Below, one piece after another: positions 1-12,198 of a DNA stretch of 64,000 bases. The translations under genes and the position numbers were made by a program. The notes under the pieces were generated by a model. That model had not been told where the DNA came from and searched no databases. It saw only the letters and a program-made list of their open reading frames with translations. The stretch's first letter is position 1. Each line of letters starts with the position of its first letter. Source of the stretch: Camelus ferus (Eukaryota); assembly GCF_009834535.1 (NCBI RefSeq), contig NC_045711.1, forward strand, positions 50,840,001-50,904,000. The letters are read 5' to 3'.

Positions 1-949
1 AGTGATTGGGCAGAGGAGAACAGTTCTCTTCATCAGAATCCCATCTACTGACACACCTTGAGCCACTGGGTTTTCCCAGAAAATTAGGCCTAGCGATCTG
101 AAAGCATTGCATGCTTTCTATTTTCAGAAACCAGCAAGTTCAAAACTTTGTGATCTCGGAGTTCTAGCCAAAAGAGGAGTTTGCAACTCCCTCCAACTCC
201 CTTCATCCGTTTTATTTTTGCTTTTTGTTTTTCAACCAGTTTTCTCAGACAAGAAACCACTTCAGGCTTCTTTTCCCATTTCCACACCCGGGCCTACACT
301 CCATCTGGTATCCAACACCGTGTCCTGACTCCAGACTTGGTACCTGGCCTAGCTGGCTGGCAGGGCAGGCTCAGTGGTGCCCAGGCCTCCCCGTGCTGGG
401 TGCTGAGGTAGAAACCGCCACTCATAACATCAGTAGAAGGCCAGCTCTGCTTAACCAATCCTCTCTCACATCTGCAGTCTTACAGGAAGGCAGCATTACT
501 TACTATGCTGTTGCAGAGGCAGCTAAGCTACAGGAAGCGCACATCCTCCATATGCCAGCCCCATTCCACACTTTTCACTGAGGACAGAAGAAAACAGGCC
601 CAGTAGGTAGCAAGGAGCTGAGCAGTGTTTGTTAGCAGCCGGTGAGGAGAGGGAAGACTGCTGAGCCTCCTGGCCTGGGGTGCACAAGACCAGGTGGAAG
701 AGCCCCAAGTTTATCCCAGAAAGGGGTCCAGCCAGCTTAGAGGCAAGTGTCCTGGGGACAGAATCCAGGCCTTACTCCTGCCCATCCCCCTAGGGCTAAA
801 CTGCTAAAGGGCCCCCGTCCTGGCCCTCTGTGTGCCCCTGAATGGATAAAAAACCTAGAGTCCTGGACCAGAACCCGGGGTCAGTGCTGGGTCACTGCCT
901 GCCACCAGCCTCAGCCCGTCTGTGCGGGCCAGGCCAGCATTTCCTGTTG

Positions 950-1800
950 TTTAGGTGCCAAGGTGCGGGGTACCTACTTCCCTACGAGTGCCATCCAGAG
1001 AAGCAGCAGCCGCGGGCCTCCCAGCCCGAGTGCAGCTGGCCCCCAGCGAGGCTCTGCAAGACCCCCAAGGTCCCCTCCCAAGGGACTGACCCGTCCCCTC
1101 TCTTTCTGGGCCGCGTACCTGAGGGGACGGACGCCCCACAGCTTTGCTTCCTGCCAGACCCGGGAGAGGCCAACCCGGGCCCCCAGCACCCCCGGACTCC
1201 CGGCGCACAGCCTCCCGAGGCGCAGCATCCCAATGTAGACAGCCATTGTTCGCGACGCCCGAGTCCCGACCCGAGTAAACTTTTAAAGTGCGCCGAGGCG
1301 GGGCGAGCGCGGAGCAGGCGGGGAGGCGGGAGGGTCGCCTCTGCCTATGGGGTGCGGAGGAAGCGGAGCCGGCCGGGCGGGGCGGGGCGAGGTGAGGCCC
1401 AGCCAGACTTGGAGGAAGCGCCAACGCGCGGGCCACCGTCTCCAGGACCCACCGCCCTCCTCCTCCTACCCTCGAAGAATTGCCCTGGTTTTCCCCTGGA
1501 TCCGCAGTTCCCGGCTGCAGCCCGAGGCAGGTCTCCCCACAGGGGCCTCGGTTTGGGGGCGCAAGAACTTGTTGATTTCGTAGACCGGGAGCCAGCGGCG
1601 CGGCGAAGCCAGACGCCACCTTCCCCGGAGCGGAGTTAGCGCGCGCGTCACGTGCTGGCCCCTCGGGTTGCCAGCCGGAGACCATGGGAGCCGGTTCGAA
1701 GCGCCCCTTGACGTGCCAGCCGGAGCAGAGGGCGCGTGGGGATGGGGAGGCAGCTGGGACAAAGGGTGCCGAGGGCGAGCCCTCTGCGGGCGCGGGTCTC
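950..1800. promoter_or_regulatory. CpG island / ACSF2 promoter
   Basis: Very high GC and CpG density; GC boxes (GGGGCGGGGC ~1378-1388); E-box GTCACGTG at 1647-1654. Confidence 0.8.
1119..1246 (-). CDS. ACSF2: ACSF2 coding exon 1 (mitochondrial acyl-CoA synthetase family member 2); rest of gene lies left of the window
   Basis: MAVYIGMLRLGRLCAGSPGVLGARVGLSRVWQEAKLWGVRPL closely matches the human ACSF2 N-terminal presequence; 128 nt exon ends AG|GTACGC at 1119/1118; lies in a CpG island. Confidence 0.92.
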
Positions 1801-3790
1801 TGGTCCTGCTAGGAAGTGGCACTGGGCACCGGAGTGGCACGTGAGCCCGGTCCACAGTGTCTCAGTATAGCCGTGACCTTTCCTCCAGAGGAGAAGGAGG
1901 AGAACAATGGGGGAAAGGTCCTGGAAGAGTGACCTCTCCTTTCCTGACCTGGAGGCAGTGACACTCACTGGGCCAAGCAGAGCTGGCGTGGAGGGTGGGG
2001 CTTGGCCTGAGAAGACCTTTGCCTTGATCTGGGAACTCTGGCTCAACTGAGGTGGTGAGAAGAAAACTACACTGCTTCTCTTCATGATTTTGAGGCTGAC
2101 TTCGGATCCCGCTGAAACCCTGGCTCTGGGGGAGGGTCTCCACACTTCGGTTGTGTGGAGATGGGATAGTAAGGAAGACAGGAGCAGAGATCATGGGGAG
2201 CTGGGCTTCCAAGGGCATGCCGTCCTAATAGACTAACTCGCAGACTCTGATAGCCTGCCCCGTGGAATGTGGGGCACTGGGGAGCGTGCCAAGTCTGGAC
2301 ACGCGCTGTGCTTTAGCAAGCTCTGCTCCTAGATTGCTGGGTGACCCTGGGTAAGTCATTTCTCCTCTCTGGGCCTGTGAAGTGAGGGTGGATACTGATC
2401 TCGCAGGCCCTTGCACTTTCCTTGCTAGTTTGAGGGTCCTGAGGGGAAGGGGAGGAATGAGTTCCTCTGAACTTTGCTCCACCCTCTGCTTTCGGCACAC
2501 TGGGCTCTCCTAACTTCCCATAGATGCCATGGAAACACAGCTACCAGTTGCAAGGTATTTCCCATGTGCCAGGCTCAAGGATGTTATCTCTGGCCTCACA
2601 ATCAACCTGCAAGTAGCAGGCATGCTCTGGAATGTGTCTCTGTTTTTATGGATAAAGAAACTGAGACCCAGAGAGGTTCAGCTACTTGCCCAAGGTCAAG
2701 GTGGGCACAGTGAGCACAGGCCAAAGCTCTGCCCATACTAGCCTTGCAGCTTTAGGCACGTCACAACACCTCTCCAGCCTCAGTCATCTTGAAAATGGGG
2801 ATAATACCAGCCTCACACAGGGGGCTGGGGTAAGGATTGGGTACAGAGGCACAGAACTGGTACTCAACCAGTTTTCAGTGATTGTTAGTTTCTTTCTCCA
2901 TCCTCTCCTTCTGTGTCTACACTCTGAGACCTCCCTCTGTGTGAGGTATTGTAAACTGTTTTTTTTTTTCTAGGAGGAAGAGTTACTTTTCATCTCTGCA
3001 AAGCCTTGATAGCTGTGGTCAGCACTGGTTCCAAGAGAGGAGAGGAGGGCTGGGAGAAAGGAAGCCAGAAATGAGTAATTTGAGAGTTCCTGAGTCTGGG
3101 TAGTGGATCATGTGTCACTCTGAGGGAGTAGGGAGCAGGGCACACTGGCTGTCCACACCTTCCAACTTTCCTCCCTCTTCCTTCAACCAACTCAGTTCCT
3201 CATAGCTCCCCAAGGGGCTTTCTGCCTGAGCCGAGCACATGTGCTATGTGCTGCATGTGACTTGAGCAATTTATGGCCCCTGTGATTTTGGTCTTGCCAT
3301 TGGATACACTGAGAAAGCTCTTAGTCCCTCCCCTTTACCAGTATCCTTCCGTTCTGTGCTTCAAACCCGCTCTCAAACTGTAAACACCACTTACTGATTT
3401 TTTTAAATCTTAGCATCACCTGTGAAAAAGCCCAGAAGACTTAAGTTAGGGAACAGAATGTAAATGCTACAAACCTTGGAAGTCACACTTGACAGTAGCT
3501 AAGAGGTAAGGGACAGGAGGCAGATATTCTTACCTTATAAACTGAGGTGTCAAGAGATCCTGTTTATCGATGATGGAACATGAAATGAAGGGGTATGCCA
3601 TTTAAAGTTACAAAGCAACCAGTGTATGTACAAAAATAACAATAAAACTATACTGGAAGAACTTGAGGAGGAAAGGTGGGAGTGCAAATCCTTACCTATC
3701 AAACAGAAGATCAAGAAATGGCTAAGAATATTGTTTAGAGGTAAATAACAGGGGAAAAAAACCCAGAAACCTTTAAAATAATTCAAAATG

Positions 3791-4620
3791 NNNNNNNNNN
3801 NNNNNNNNNNNNNNNNNNNNNNNNNNNNNNNNNNNNNNNNNNNNNNNNNNNNNNNNNNNNNNNNNNNNNNNNNNNNNNNNNNNNNNNNNNNNNNNNNNNN
3901 NNNNNNNNNNNNNNNNNNNNNNNNNNNNNNNNNNNNNNNNNNNNNNNNNNNNNNNNNNNNNNNNNNNNNNAGGTGTAGANNNNNNNNNNNNNNNNNNNNN
4001 NNNNNNNNNNNNNNNNNNNNNNNNNNNNNNNNNNNNNNNNNNNNNNNNNNNNNNNNNNNNNNNNNNNNNNNNNNNNNNNNNNNNNNNNNNNNNNNNNNNN
4101 NNNNNNNNNNNNNNNNNNNNNNTGAAAGTACAGACTTGAGCAGACATTNNNNNNNNNNNNNNNNNNNNNNNNNNNNNNNNNNNNNNNNNNNNNNNNNNNN
4201 NNNNNNNNNNNNNNNNNNNNNNNNNNNNNNNNNNNNNNNNNNNNNNNNNNNNNNNNNNNNNNNNNNNNNNNNNNNNNNNNNNNNNNNNNNNNNNNNNNNN
4301 NNNGACAAGGGTCATCCTTGTAGCAATCTTGAAGGCATTATTCTAAGTGAGAAAAGGACAAATACTGTATGATTTCACTTATATGAGGACTCTCCAGTAG
4401 TCAAATTCACAGAGACAGGAAGTCAAATGATGGTTGCCAGGGGCTGCGGAGAGTGGGGGAGAGGGACTTACTCTTCTGTGGGTACAGAGTTTTAGTTTCA
4501 GAAGATGGAAGTGTTCTGGAGGCCGGTGCCGGTGATGCTTACAAACAATATGAATGTACTTAATGCCACTGAACTGTATCCCTAAAAATGGTTAAATTTT
4601 ATTTGTATCTACTTCACCAC
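3791..4620 (+). mobile_element. Old L1 (L1MB-like) 3' fragment, partly N-masked
   Basis: Island GACTTGAGCAGACATT resembles L1 ORF2 end; 4304-4620 has L1M 3'UTR motifs (AAGTGA..GGACAAATACTGTATGATT..CACTTATATGAGG; AATGTACTTAATGCCACTGAACTGTA). Confidence 0.75.
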
Positions 4621-5902
4621 ACACACACACAAAAGTGGTTCTCTTTGGAACATGTGATTGGGAGGAGGGGTGAAGCAGAGAAGTACTGCTTTTTGTCAAA
4701 AAGATTTTTCTTGTTTTATTTTCCTGAGACAATGTATATGTTTTATCTTAATAAAATTTTAAATTAATAGCCCAAGGGAGGAATCCTTAGTGTCACTGAT
4801 CATTTACAGAGAGCGTGTTTCATGAGGTTTTCAGTGAGTGCCAAGGGGTTACTACAGGGTTGCAGGCAGTCTCAGAGTCAGATTTGGGAAGAATCCAGCT
4901 CTGCTGCTTTTCCTCTCAATGACCTTGAGCAGAGTTCTTTTTTTGTGGTGTAATTTTTCAGAGCTCTCTGTTGTAAATGACTGCTTCTAAGTAGGAGGAA
5001 AAATGTCTCCTTTAGGGAAAAAAAAAATCTCTTTTAAAGAAATATCTTCACTGTATGTCTGAGAAGGGAGCTGTCTAACAAGAAATGCAGCAGTCATGAA
5101 GGAAAGGTGGAAAAAAGGGATAGACTGCTGGCAGCCAGCCACATCAAGAACAAAGAGGAAGATGAGGAAAGGAGTTTTAATTTTGAAAGAAAAGATGACG
5201 TGATCTGATACATAATGCTTATACTCCAGTCAGATCCAGTAGCCAATACCAAAAATAAAACATCCAAGGAAAAAAAACAAGGCTGATAAAACTTGTTCTA
5301 AAAACGATGTTTCTGAGTTTCAAACTGAAAGTGGAAATAAGGAACTTGTTCTGAACTGCCATGTAAAGTAAAATTATTTTGATCACAGCTAAGAATTAAT
5401 GGCAGACACAGGCAGACGTGATCTTAAATGATCAGTATCTCCTTGCTGACAGCTCAAAATTGAAAGAATGAGATCAGCTGCAATACCAGCAGCTGCCAAA
5501 TTTTGTGAAAGCCTGGCTTTCACAAAGAGTGCAGGACAAAACTCCTTCTTTAGATGATGTAACTTTTAACTTTTCTTGGGTCTAAGTTAAGGGCTAAAGT
5601 TATTGAATAAGACCCAGTGTTATAAACCAAATCTATTTTATCTTCCTTTATTCATTCATTGGTTCAAGGGACATTTATTGAGCCCCCATGTGGTACCAGG
5701 CACAAGGCTGGGTTCTCAGGCTACAGTTATGAATAGGACAGGTATCTGCGCTCTGGCAGCTCACTGTCTAGTATAGAACACCAACCCTGAGACTGATGAT
5801 GGCCTGTGGTGTGGCCAGAGCTGTGGGAGAAGGGGGACAGGACAGGAACATACTTTAGACATATCATCAAAGGTCTCTTAGAGGTTTGAGCTGGGTGAGT
5901 AG

Positions 5903-6376
5903 TGTATTAGTTTCCTAAAACTGCTGGAATAAATTACATAAGTTAAATGGCTTAAAACAACAGAAATGTGTGGTGTCCTCTTGCAGTTTTGGAAGCCAGA
6001 AGTCTGAAGTGAGTCTTATGGGATTGTAAGCAAGACAGGGCTAGTCCTTCCTGGAGGCTCCAGGGGATACTTGTTCCTTGTCTCTTCCAGCTTCTAGTGG
6101 CTCCAGGAATTCCTTGGCTTGTGGTTACATCACACTCATCTCTGCCTCCTTGGCCACATTGCCTCCTCCTCTTCTATGTCCAATCTCCCTCTGCCTTTTT
6201 TATAAGGACACTTATGATTACGTGTAGGGCCCACCTGGATGATCCTGGATCTCCATCTCAAGATCTTTAATTTAGTTACATGTGAAAAGTCCCTTTTGCC
6301 ATGTAAAGTAACATATACACAGGTTCCAGGGATAAGGACACAGATAAATTTGGGAGCCATTAGGCAGCCCACCCCA
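5903..6376 (-). mobile_element. MaLR solo LTR (MLT1C/D-like)
   Basis: Starts TGTATTAGTTT on +; reverse strand reads GGAACCTGTGTATATGTTACTTTACATGGCAAAAGGGACTTTTCACATG, the MLT1 5' motif. Confidence 0.8.
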
Positions 6377-6551
6377 GATAGGACTGGGAAGGGAAACTGG
6401 ATGGCCAGTGGAGTGTTATATACAATGGGAATATGGAGAAAGTATATGTGAAGGCAGGGATCACATACACTCTGGAAGTTGCTAGTATTGTTTTGGGAGT
6501 GCTTTTTATGGGAGTCGTGGGAGGCAAGGCAGGACCTTATGAGGAAGGAGG

Positions 6552-7045
6552 TGTTAGTGGATAGAGAGATTCCCCCCCAATTAGAAAGCCCACCAAATGT
6601 GTGGGCCCTTGCCTGCCAGTTGAGAAAGAATTCTCAGCAGAGGCAGAGGGACAAAGGGAAAACCTGTTTTACTGCTCAAAAGAGGAAAAGAAAAGGTTAA
6701 GTGCTCAAGCAGGGAGCCACCGGCCAGGTGGCTGGTTGAGACAGCTCCACCTCCTGGCTGGGCCGCAGGGCTTCTGTTGGAGGGTTCTGCCATCATATCT
6801 TCATTCTGGTGGTGCTGAAGCCAATAACCTTCTTCCTATTACAGGCTTTTTTCCTTTTGTTGAGCTCGGTCCTAAAACAGAAGCTTTGGCAGGAAAGAGA
6901 ACAAAGAAAGAAATGCTGGGTTATGTCCTTAGGATCAAAGCACCAGCTGCGGAAAAAAGCATCTTAGTTTTCTAGGCCAGGTATTAAAGCATCCCATTTT
7001 TCATGATTAGCCAGAGTCAGCAAGCCTGCCTAATCACCTCTCTCA
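6552..7045 (-). mobile_element. 3' LTR of the ERV (494 bp)
   Basis: On - begins TGAGAGAGGTGATTAGG and ends CACTAACA; both ends match the 14306-14390 copy; AGTAAA poly(A)-like signal at 6673-6668. Confidence 0.85.
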
Positions 7046-7099
7046 ACTCGGCCCTGAGAGACTTCATACTCAAGATTCTTCTTGGGGAAATGGACAAAG

Positions 7100-7560
7100 G
7101 TCACTGTCTTCTATAGCTACTTCCTACTGAAAAAGGGCGTTGGCCTGAGTAGAAGTCTCTCTTTACCTTATCTAAATCTAGATTATATGACCTCAGGATA
7201 GGCTTCAGCCAAGCAGTAGAATTTACTTTGAAACAGCTGGAGATGATTTGAAATAAAGCGAGAAAGTATTTGAATTTTTTAAAAAATAGGGCCAACAGGA
7301 TAGTTATAATGGGGCCTAGAAAGGACAAGAGCCAAGGTAGACATGGGGCGATTGCCAACTGAATTCTTTGCCCTGTCTGTTATGTTTCTTGCCTGCTCCA
7401 GTAAGCCTTTGATCTTCTCCTGCACCAGGCCTGACTGGTTGTAGAAAAAAATGACATTCCTCCCTTAGATAGACACAGATCCCTCCTTGACTTTCAGTGA
7501 GAGGATCTAAGGAAGCCTTGCAACCACAAAGTTGCAGCTGCTTTGAGAGTGGCTAGAGGT
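7100..7560 (-). pseudogene. Retroviral env transmembrane-subunit remnant (gamma-type), frameshifted
   Basis: Minus strand gives LDPLTESQGGICVYLREECHFF / YNQSGLVQEKIK (degenerate ISD plus CX6C motif) followed by PWLLSFLGPIITILLALFF (membrane anchor), just upstream of the 3' LTR. Confidence 0.8.
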
Positions 7561-10500
7561 GTCCTTGAGTCTGATACAGTTGAGAAAATTAAAGTCCTCA
7601 TTAAGACAGGAACATATCTGAAGCCTTACCCATCATGGCCACCTAGTATTACCTTTGATGTGAGAACCACAGCTACTCTGTTTTGATTTTCAAGTGCATA
7701 TCTCTACTTAATGGCCAAAGCAGATGCCACTGTTAATGATTTTAGTACTTTTTTAGATTTGAGGAGATGTAAGAACTTGGGCTCATAAAATCCTCTCCTG
7801 AAAATATCTAACTGAAGGCCTGCTCTGCCGGTTTTTCTCAGAGAACTGAACGCCTTATTCCTAATCTCCACCCTGAACTCCTTTCAGGGTGTGTTGAAAG
7901 TCAGCCACAGTAGTGCCTTATGACTTAATCCTGGTAGAGGCAGATAATAAGAGCCAATTTTTAGTTGGCAGGGTTCCCTCATTGTTATATATTCCACCAT
8001 GATTTGGGAGGCATTTCATCCCACAGTGCTAGGAATGCTCATTCCGGAGTTAGGCAAAGATTTTGTTGGTAGGCTACTCAATATGCTATTACTGGACTGG
8101 GCCTTATTAACAGTAGCCGAAAGTCTCTGGACCACCTGTCTTTCTAGTCTGTTTTGGTCCAGGAGAAAGTTCCCTCTTGTTTCTTTTTATATTATTATTT
8201 ATCACTGATCTTGTTTAGAACTATATATCTGGTCAACTGTTTCAAGTTGCCTAGTTGTCACTATCTTTATCAGCGGTTCAGTCACAATTTGGGAATATAA
8301 GAAACAATAATTTTGTAAAATAGGCAACATACAAATAATATAGCTAGCAAGGTCATAAGAAAGGTCATAAGAAAGAATTTGAGACAAGAGCTTCCACTGG
8401 GTGCAGTCCAGTATATCCCCAGGTTGTCTGACTTAGTCCATTCTATACCAGTCCTTATCTTTAAGGGAAGTTATATATTGGCATTGTCCATAAGGCAGCC
8501 AGCCTAATTTCCTAGTGTTACTAGACTAGTTATACTTAGTATGCTTCTCAACATAAGAGAGCCTTTAAACTTAAATGACCATAGCCTGGTGTTAACCACA
8601 GAAATCCATCCCACAATCGTGGGAGGTTATACTGTTGGCTGAAGTTTTAATTTTTGCTCTGACTGAGCTTGAATAACTTTAGAAGAAAACTCATATTTAT
8701 GAGTAGGGTCAGACCAGGTATTATTAATTGGCCAGGTGAAAGGATCTCACCTAGTAATACCAACAGTGGCCTGAACAGGACTATAATTTCTTTTTTCCAG
8801 AATAAATTTCCTAAGGGCCATCCAACTAGAGACTTAGAGTGGAGAAATCCACCTAGGTAACCCAGAAGTGCTAGATATAGGTAACTGACCATAAACTTAA
8901 CAATTGGATTAACTTTAACTCTACATAAGATTGTGAAATATATTTGGTTCATAAGCAAATGTGTGAACAATTATCAAAGTAATTGACATATAGTCCTGGT
9001 CCAGTGTCTTAGCTCAGCTGTCTACCTCACATGCTGTCTTTTCCAGTATGCAAAATCTCCTGCCTGCAGGCCGTGGGGTATTTGGATGGGGCATCCATTG
9101 GAAGATAGATTACCGAGCTAAGCTCCAGAAACAAACTTAGATTGCCCTTTAATAATTCAATTAAAAATAATTCAATTAAACATTTCAACAATATAAGGCA
9201 ACAGCAAGGAACTATCCGGGAAGTGAGTCTTTGTAAATACAGATCCCAATTAACAAAACTAGAATTTACTATCCACTGAATCTCTTTTTCTCTAAAATTA
9301 CCTTCATTTTTACCAAACATACCCAAATTAAGACTAATTTGTAAAACAAGTCTGATTAATTGATCATATTGGCTCTTTAAATTGGCTGTGCTGGAACTTT
9401 TCAGAAGAAACCTTAGACTGAAATTTTAAAAGGCCTCTCAGAGCCAGGAAAGCCATGCCAACAGCTTGTCATAGATTTTGCCTTATAGGTTTGGGTGAAT
9501 TAAAAGAATTAAAAGGTAAAAAAGCTTTACAATCTGTTATCAAAAGCAGATTAACAGTTTAAGAAAATTTGTCCTCTTAACAGAGAGAGAAAACCAAACG
9601 TAGTTACGTACCAGCTTACTTTGAACAACAAAATTCATTTACTTGATTAAATTCAATATAAACTTAGTCAATCCTGACCATGCACAAAGCTTTTTTCTCT
9701 GGATTCCTTTTTCATAAACCTTCCCATTTTCTGTATCCATATTATTTTGTCCCCTAGTTTTCCCATCTAGAAATAATCAGCTCTAGGACAAAAATCACTT
9801 TATTTTCCCTTAACAAACTGCAATTCCATTCCTTATACCTTCTTTTTTTTTTTTTCAAGACACACAGCCTACATTTCTACTATATACTGAAGTGTTTATT
9901 ATTTCTATTAGCTTTAATAACGTTTAAATTAGAATCCTCAACTCTAAAAAAACCCTTATTTCTAGTGAAAACTAAGTAAGCAATTATCTTTTTACATTAG
10001 CATTCTGAAATTGGCAAGCACAAATACCAGTAGTATCTAAAAACATGTGCTTTCTTAAAGAAAATATCTCAGGGTGGCACCAGACATATTCATCAATAGT
10101 CCTAAATACTTTCAGTTTCTCTGCAAAGGGGAGCCAATTTTCAGCAATTAATGTTTCTGTATCTTATTTTATTTGGGAATGACCTAGCTATTCCATAAAC
10201 TTTCATCATTTAATTTAATTTAGCACAATTCTAGATTCAAAGTGCCAAATATCTGGAGAGATTATTCTTAAGTATGTGTTTCTAAAATATAATTATTCCT
10301 GAAGTGTTCATCCAAAAGCTCTTATCTCACCTGCTTTTGATTTACTTATAAGAATTTCATTTCACTAAATTATTTTTCTTGCTGACAAATTTGCCACAGG
10401 TACAACAAGATCTTATTTGATTTCTATTAAACCTAGGTGCAATGAAAGTATTATACTTGATTTTGATGACTCTAAAGACATGTCTATATTAATTAGATCA

Positions 10501-11631
10501 ACAAACTTAAACCAACTTTAATACCTGGTACTAACTTAATATTGAATATTTCCCAGTTCATGTGCATCTGAAAGTAATTTTGTCTAGCTCCTTTTAGAAA
10601 TATTTAGTTTATAAGCCCTTACCTTTAAGTAAATTAAATAGAGGTCTTTGATCATATTTTCCAGAGATAGAGACATCTGATATGTACACAGATATGTAAA
10701 CAGACAAAACTAGAGATCCCATAACTTCACTTTAAAACCTGGTTTTGAATCAGGTATTACAATATAAACTTACTAGCCAAAAATAACAGTTGCTTGCTCA
10801 GAGGACTAAGGCCTTACTATTTGTGAAAAAATACCTTTAAGATTTATATTTGAGGCTATGAATTAGATTTTTAACGGAGGGAGGCTTTTTAGTGGTTTGA
10901 GTTTTAAGATGCCAAAAATTTCCTCTTGGTTTCTGGTTCTACCTGATTGAGATAATTGGGCTCAGTCTTAGGTCATTGTTGTATTTACATTTCTGACTTA
11001 GAGAGATTTGTGGGATAGACATTGCTTTTAATTCCCCATGAACTGGTCTGTCACCTAAAGGATATTTGAATGATTGATATGTCCTATGCAGTGCAGTGTT
11101 GTAAGCCTACTTTATCTTTTAGGATTATTCTTAATTGCATTTTCTTTATAAACTTGGCTTGCTGTCTTAGCAAGATAAATTATATTTTTTTTTAAATGAG
11201 AAAAAAAGATTGGTATGACCAACTATATTTGTAAATATGCTTTTCTATATCAGTGAGAAAATTTTAAACTGAAATGTAAGAGTTTTGTGTTCTGACTTTA
11301 GGATTTAATTTATCATACCTTCAAAGTTTGCATGAGGCATTCAACAAGGGCCCTCTTTCTGAGTTCACAAGTTAAACCCAGAGCAAATCTCTATTATTAT
11401 TATTGGCCCTTGAATATTAGTCCCCAGTTTTACTTTATATTGTATGGCTCACGTAACACTATTGGTTTTCTTTAGTATGTTTAATGTTTCCTGAGGGGCA
11501 GATTTATTGCCCTGTCTAATAACACCAAGCAAGGGAAGTATTCCCCAGTGAAACTTGCTTATCCCATGATATAATTAAGCAAATAATGTAACCATCTTAC
11601 ATAAAAACTTATTTAAATACACCAATTTTTA

Positions 11632-11703
11632 ATTGAAATATAGTTGATTTACAATGTTGTGTTAGTTTCAGGTGTACAGCAAAATGGTTCAATTGAATAT
11701 ACC

Positions 11704-11749
<46 letters not shown>

Positions 11750-12198
11750 GCCTTTTCAGATTCTTTTTATTTATAGGTTATTACAAGATATTGACTATAG
11801 TTCCCTGTGCTGTATGGTATGTCCTTGTTGTTTATCTATTCTATATATAGTAGTGTATATATGTTCATCTCAAACTCCTAATTTCTCCCTTCCCCCACCT
11901 CTTTCCTTTTTGGTAACCATAGCTTTTTCCCCCTATATCTATGAGTCTATTTCTGGTTTATAATAAGTTCATTTATATCATTTTTAAAGATTCCACACAT
12001 AAGTGATATCATATGATATTNNNNNNNNNNNNNNNNNNNNNNNNNNNNNNNNNNNNNNNNNNNNNNNNNNNNNNNNNNNNNNNNNNNNNNNNNNNNNNNN
12101 NNNNNNNNNNNNNNNNNNNNNNNNNNNNNNNNNNNNNNNNNNNNNNNNNNNNNNNNNNNNNNNNNNNNNNNNNNNNNNNNNNNNNNNNNNNNNNNTCA
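11632..12198 (-). mobile_element. 5'-truncated L1 3' end nested in the ERV, with (TATC)n microsatellite ~11704-11748
   Basis: TTGAAATATAGTTGATTTACAATGTTGTGTTAGTTTCAGGTGTACAGCAA...GATTCCACACATAAGTGATATCATA is the artiodactyl L1 3'UTR; tentative TSD CAATTTTTA at 11623-11631 and 12199-12207. Confidence 0.8.

Noticed and set aside
747-1855. Long overlapping ORFs (265, 244, 163 aa) around the ACSF2 promoter
   Set aside because: Pro/Gly/Arg/Ala-rich products of a GC-rich CpG island depleted of stops; only the 128-nt ACSF2 exon has homology support
3550-4372. ORF-track entries of 180-252 aa here, and similar ones at ~12000, ~30000 and 52100-54000
   Set aside because: They stay open only because N codons translate as X
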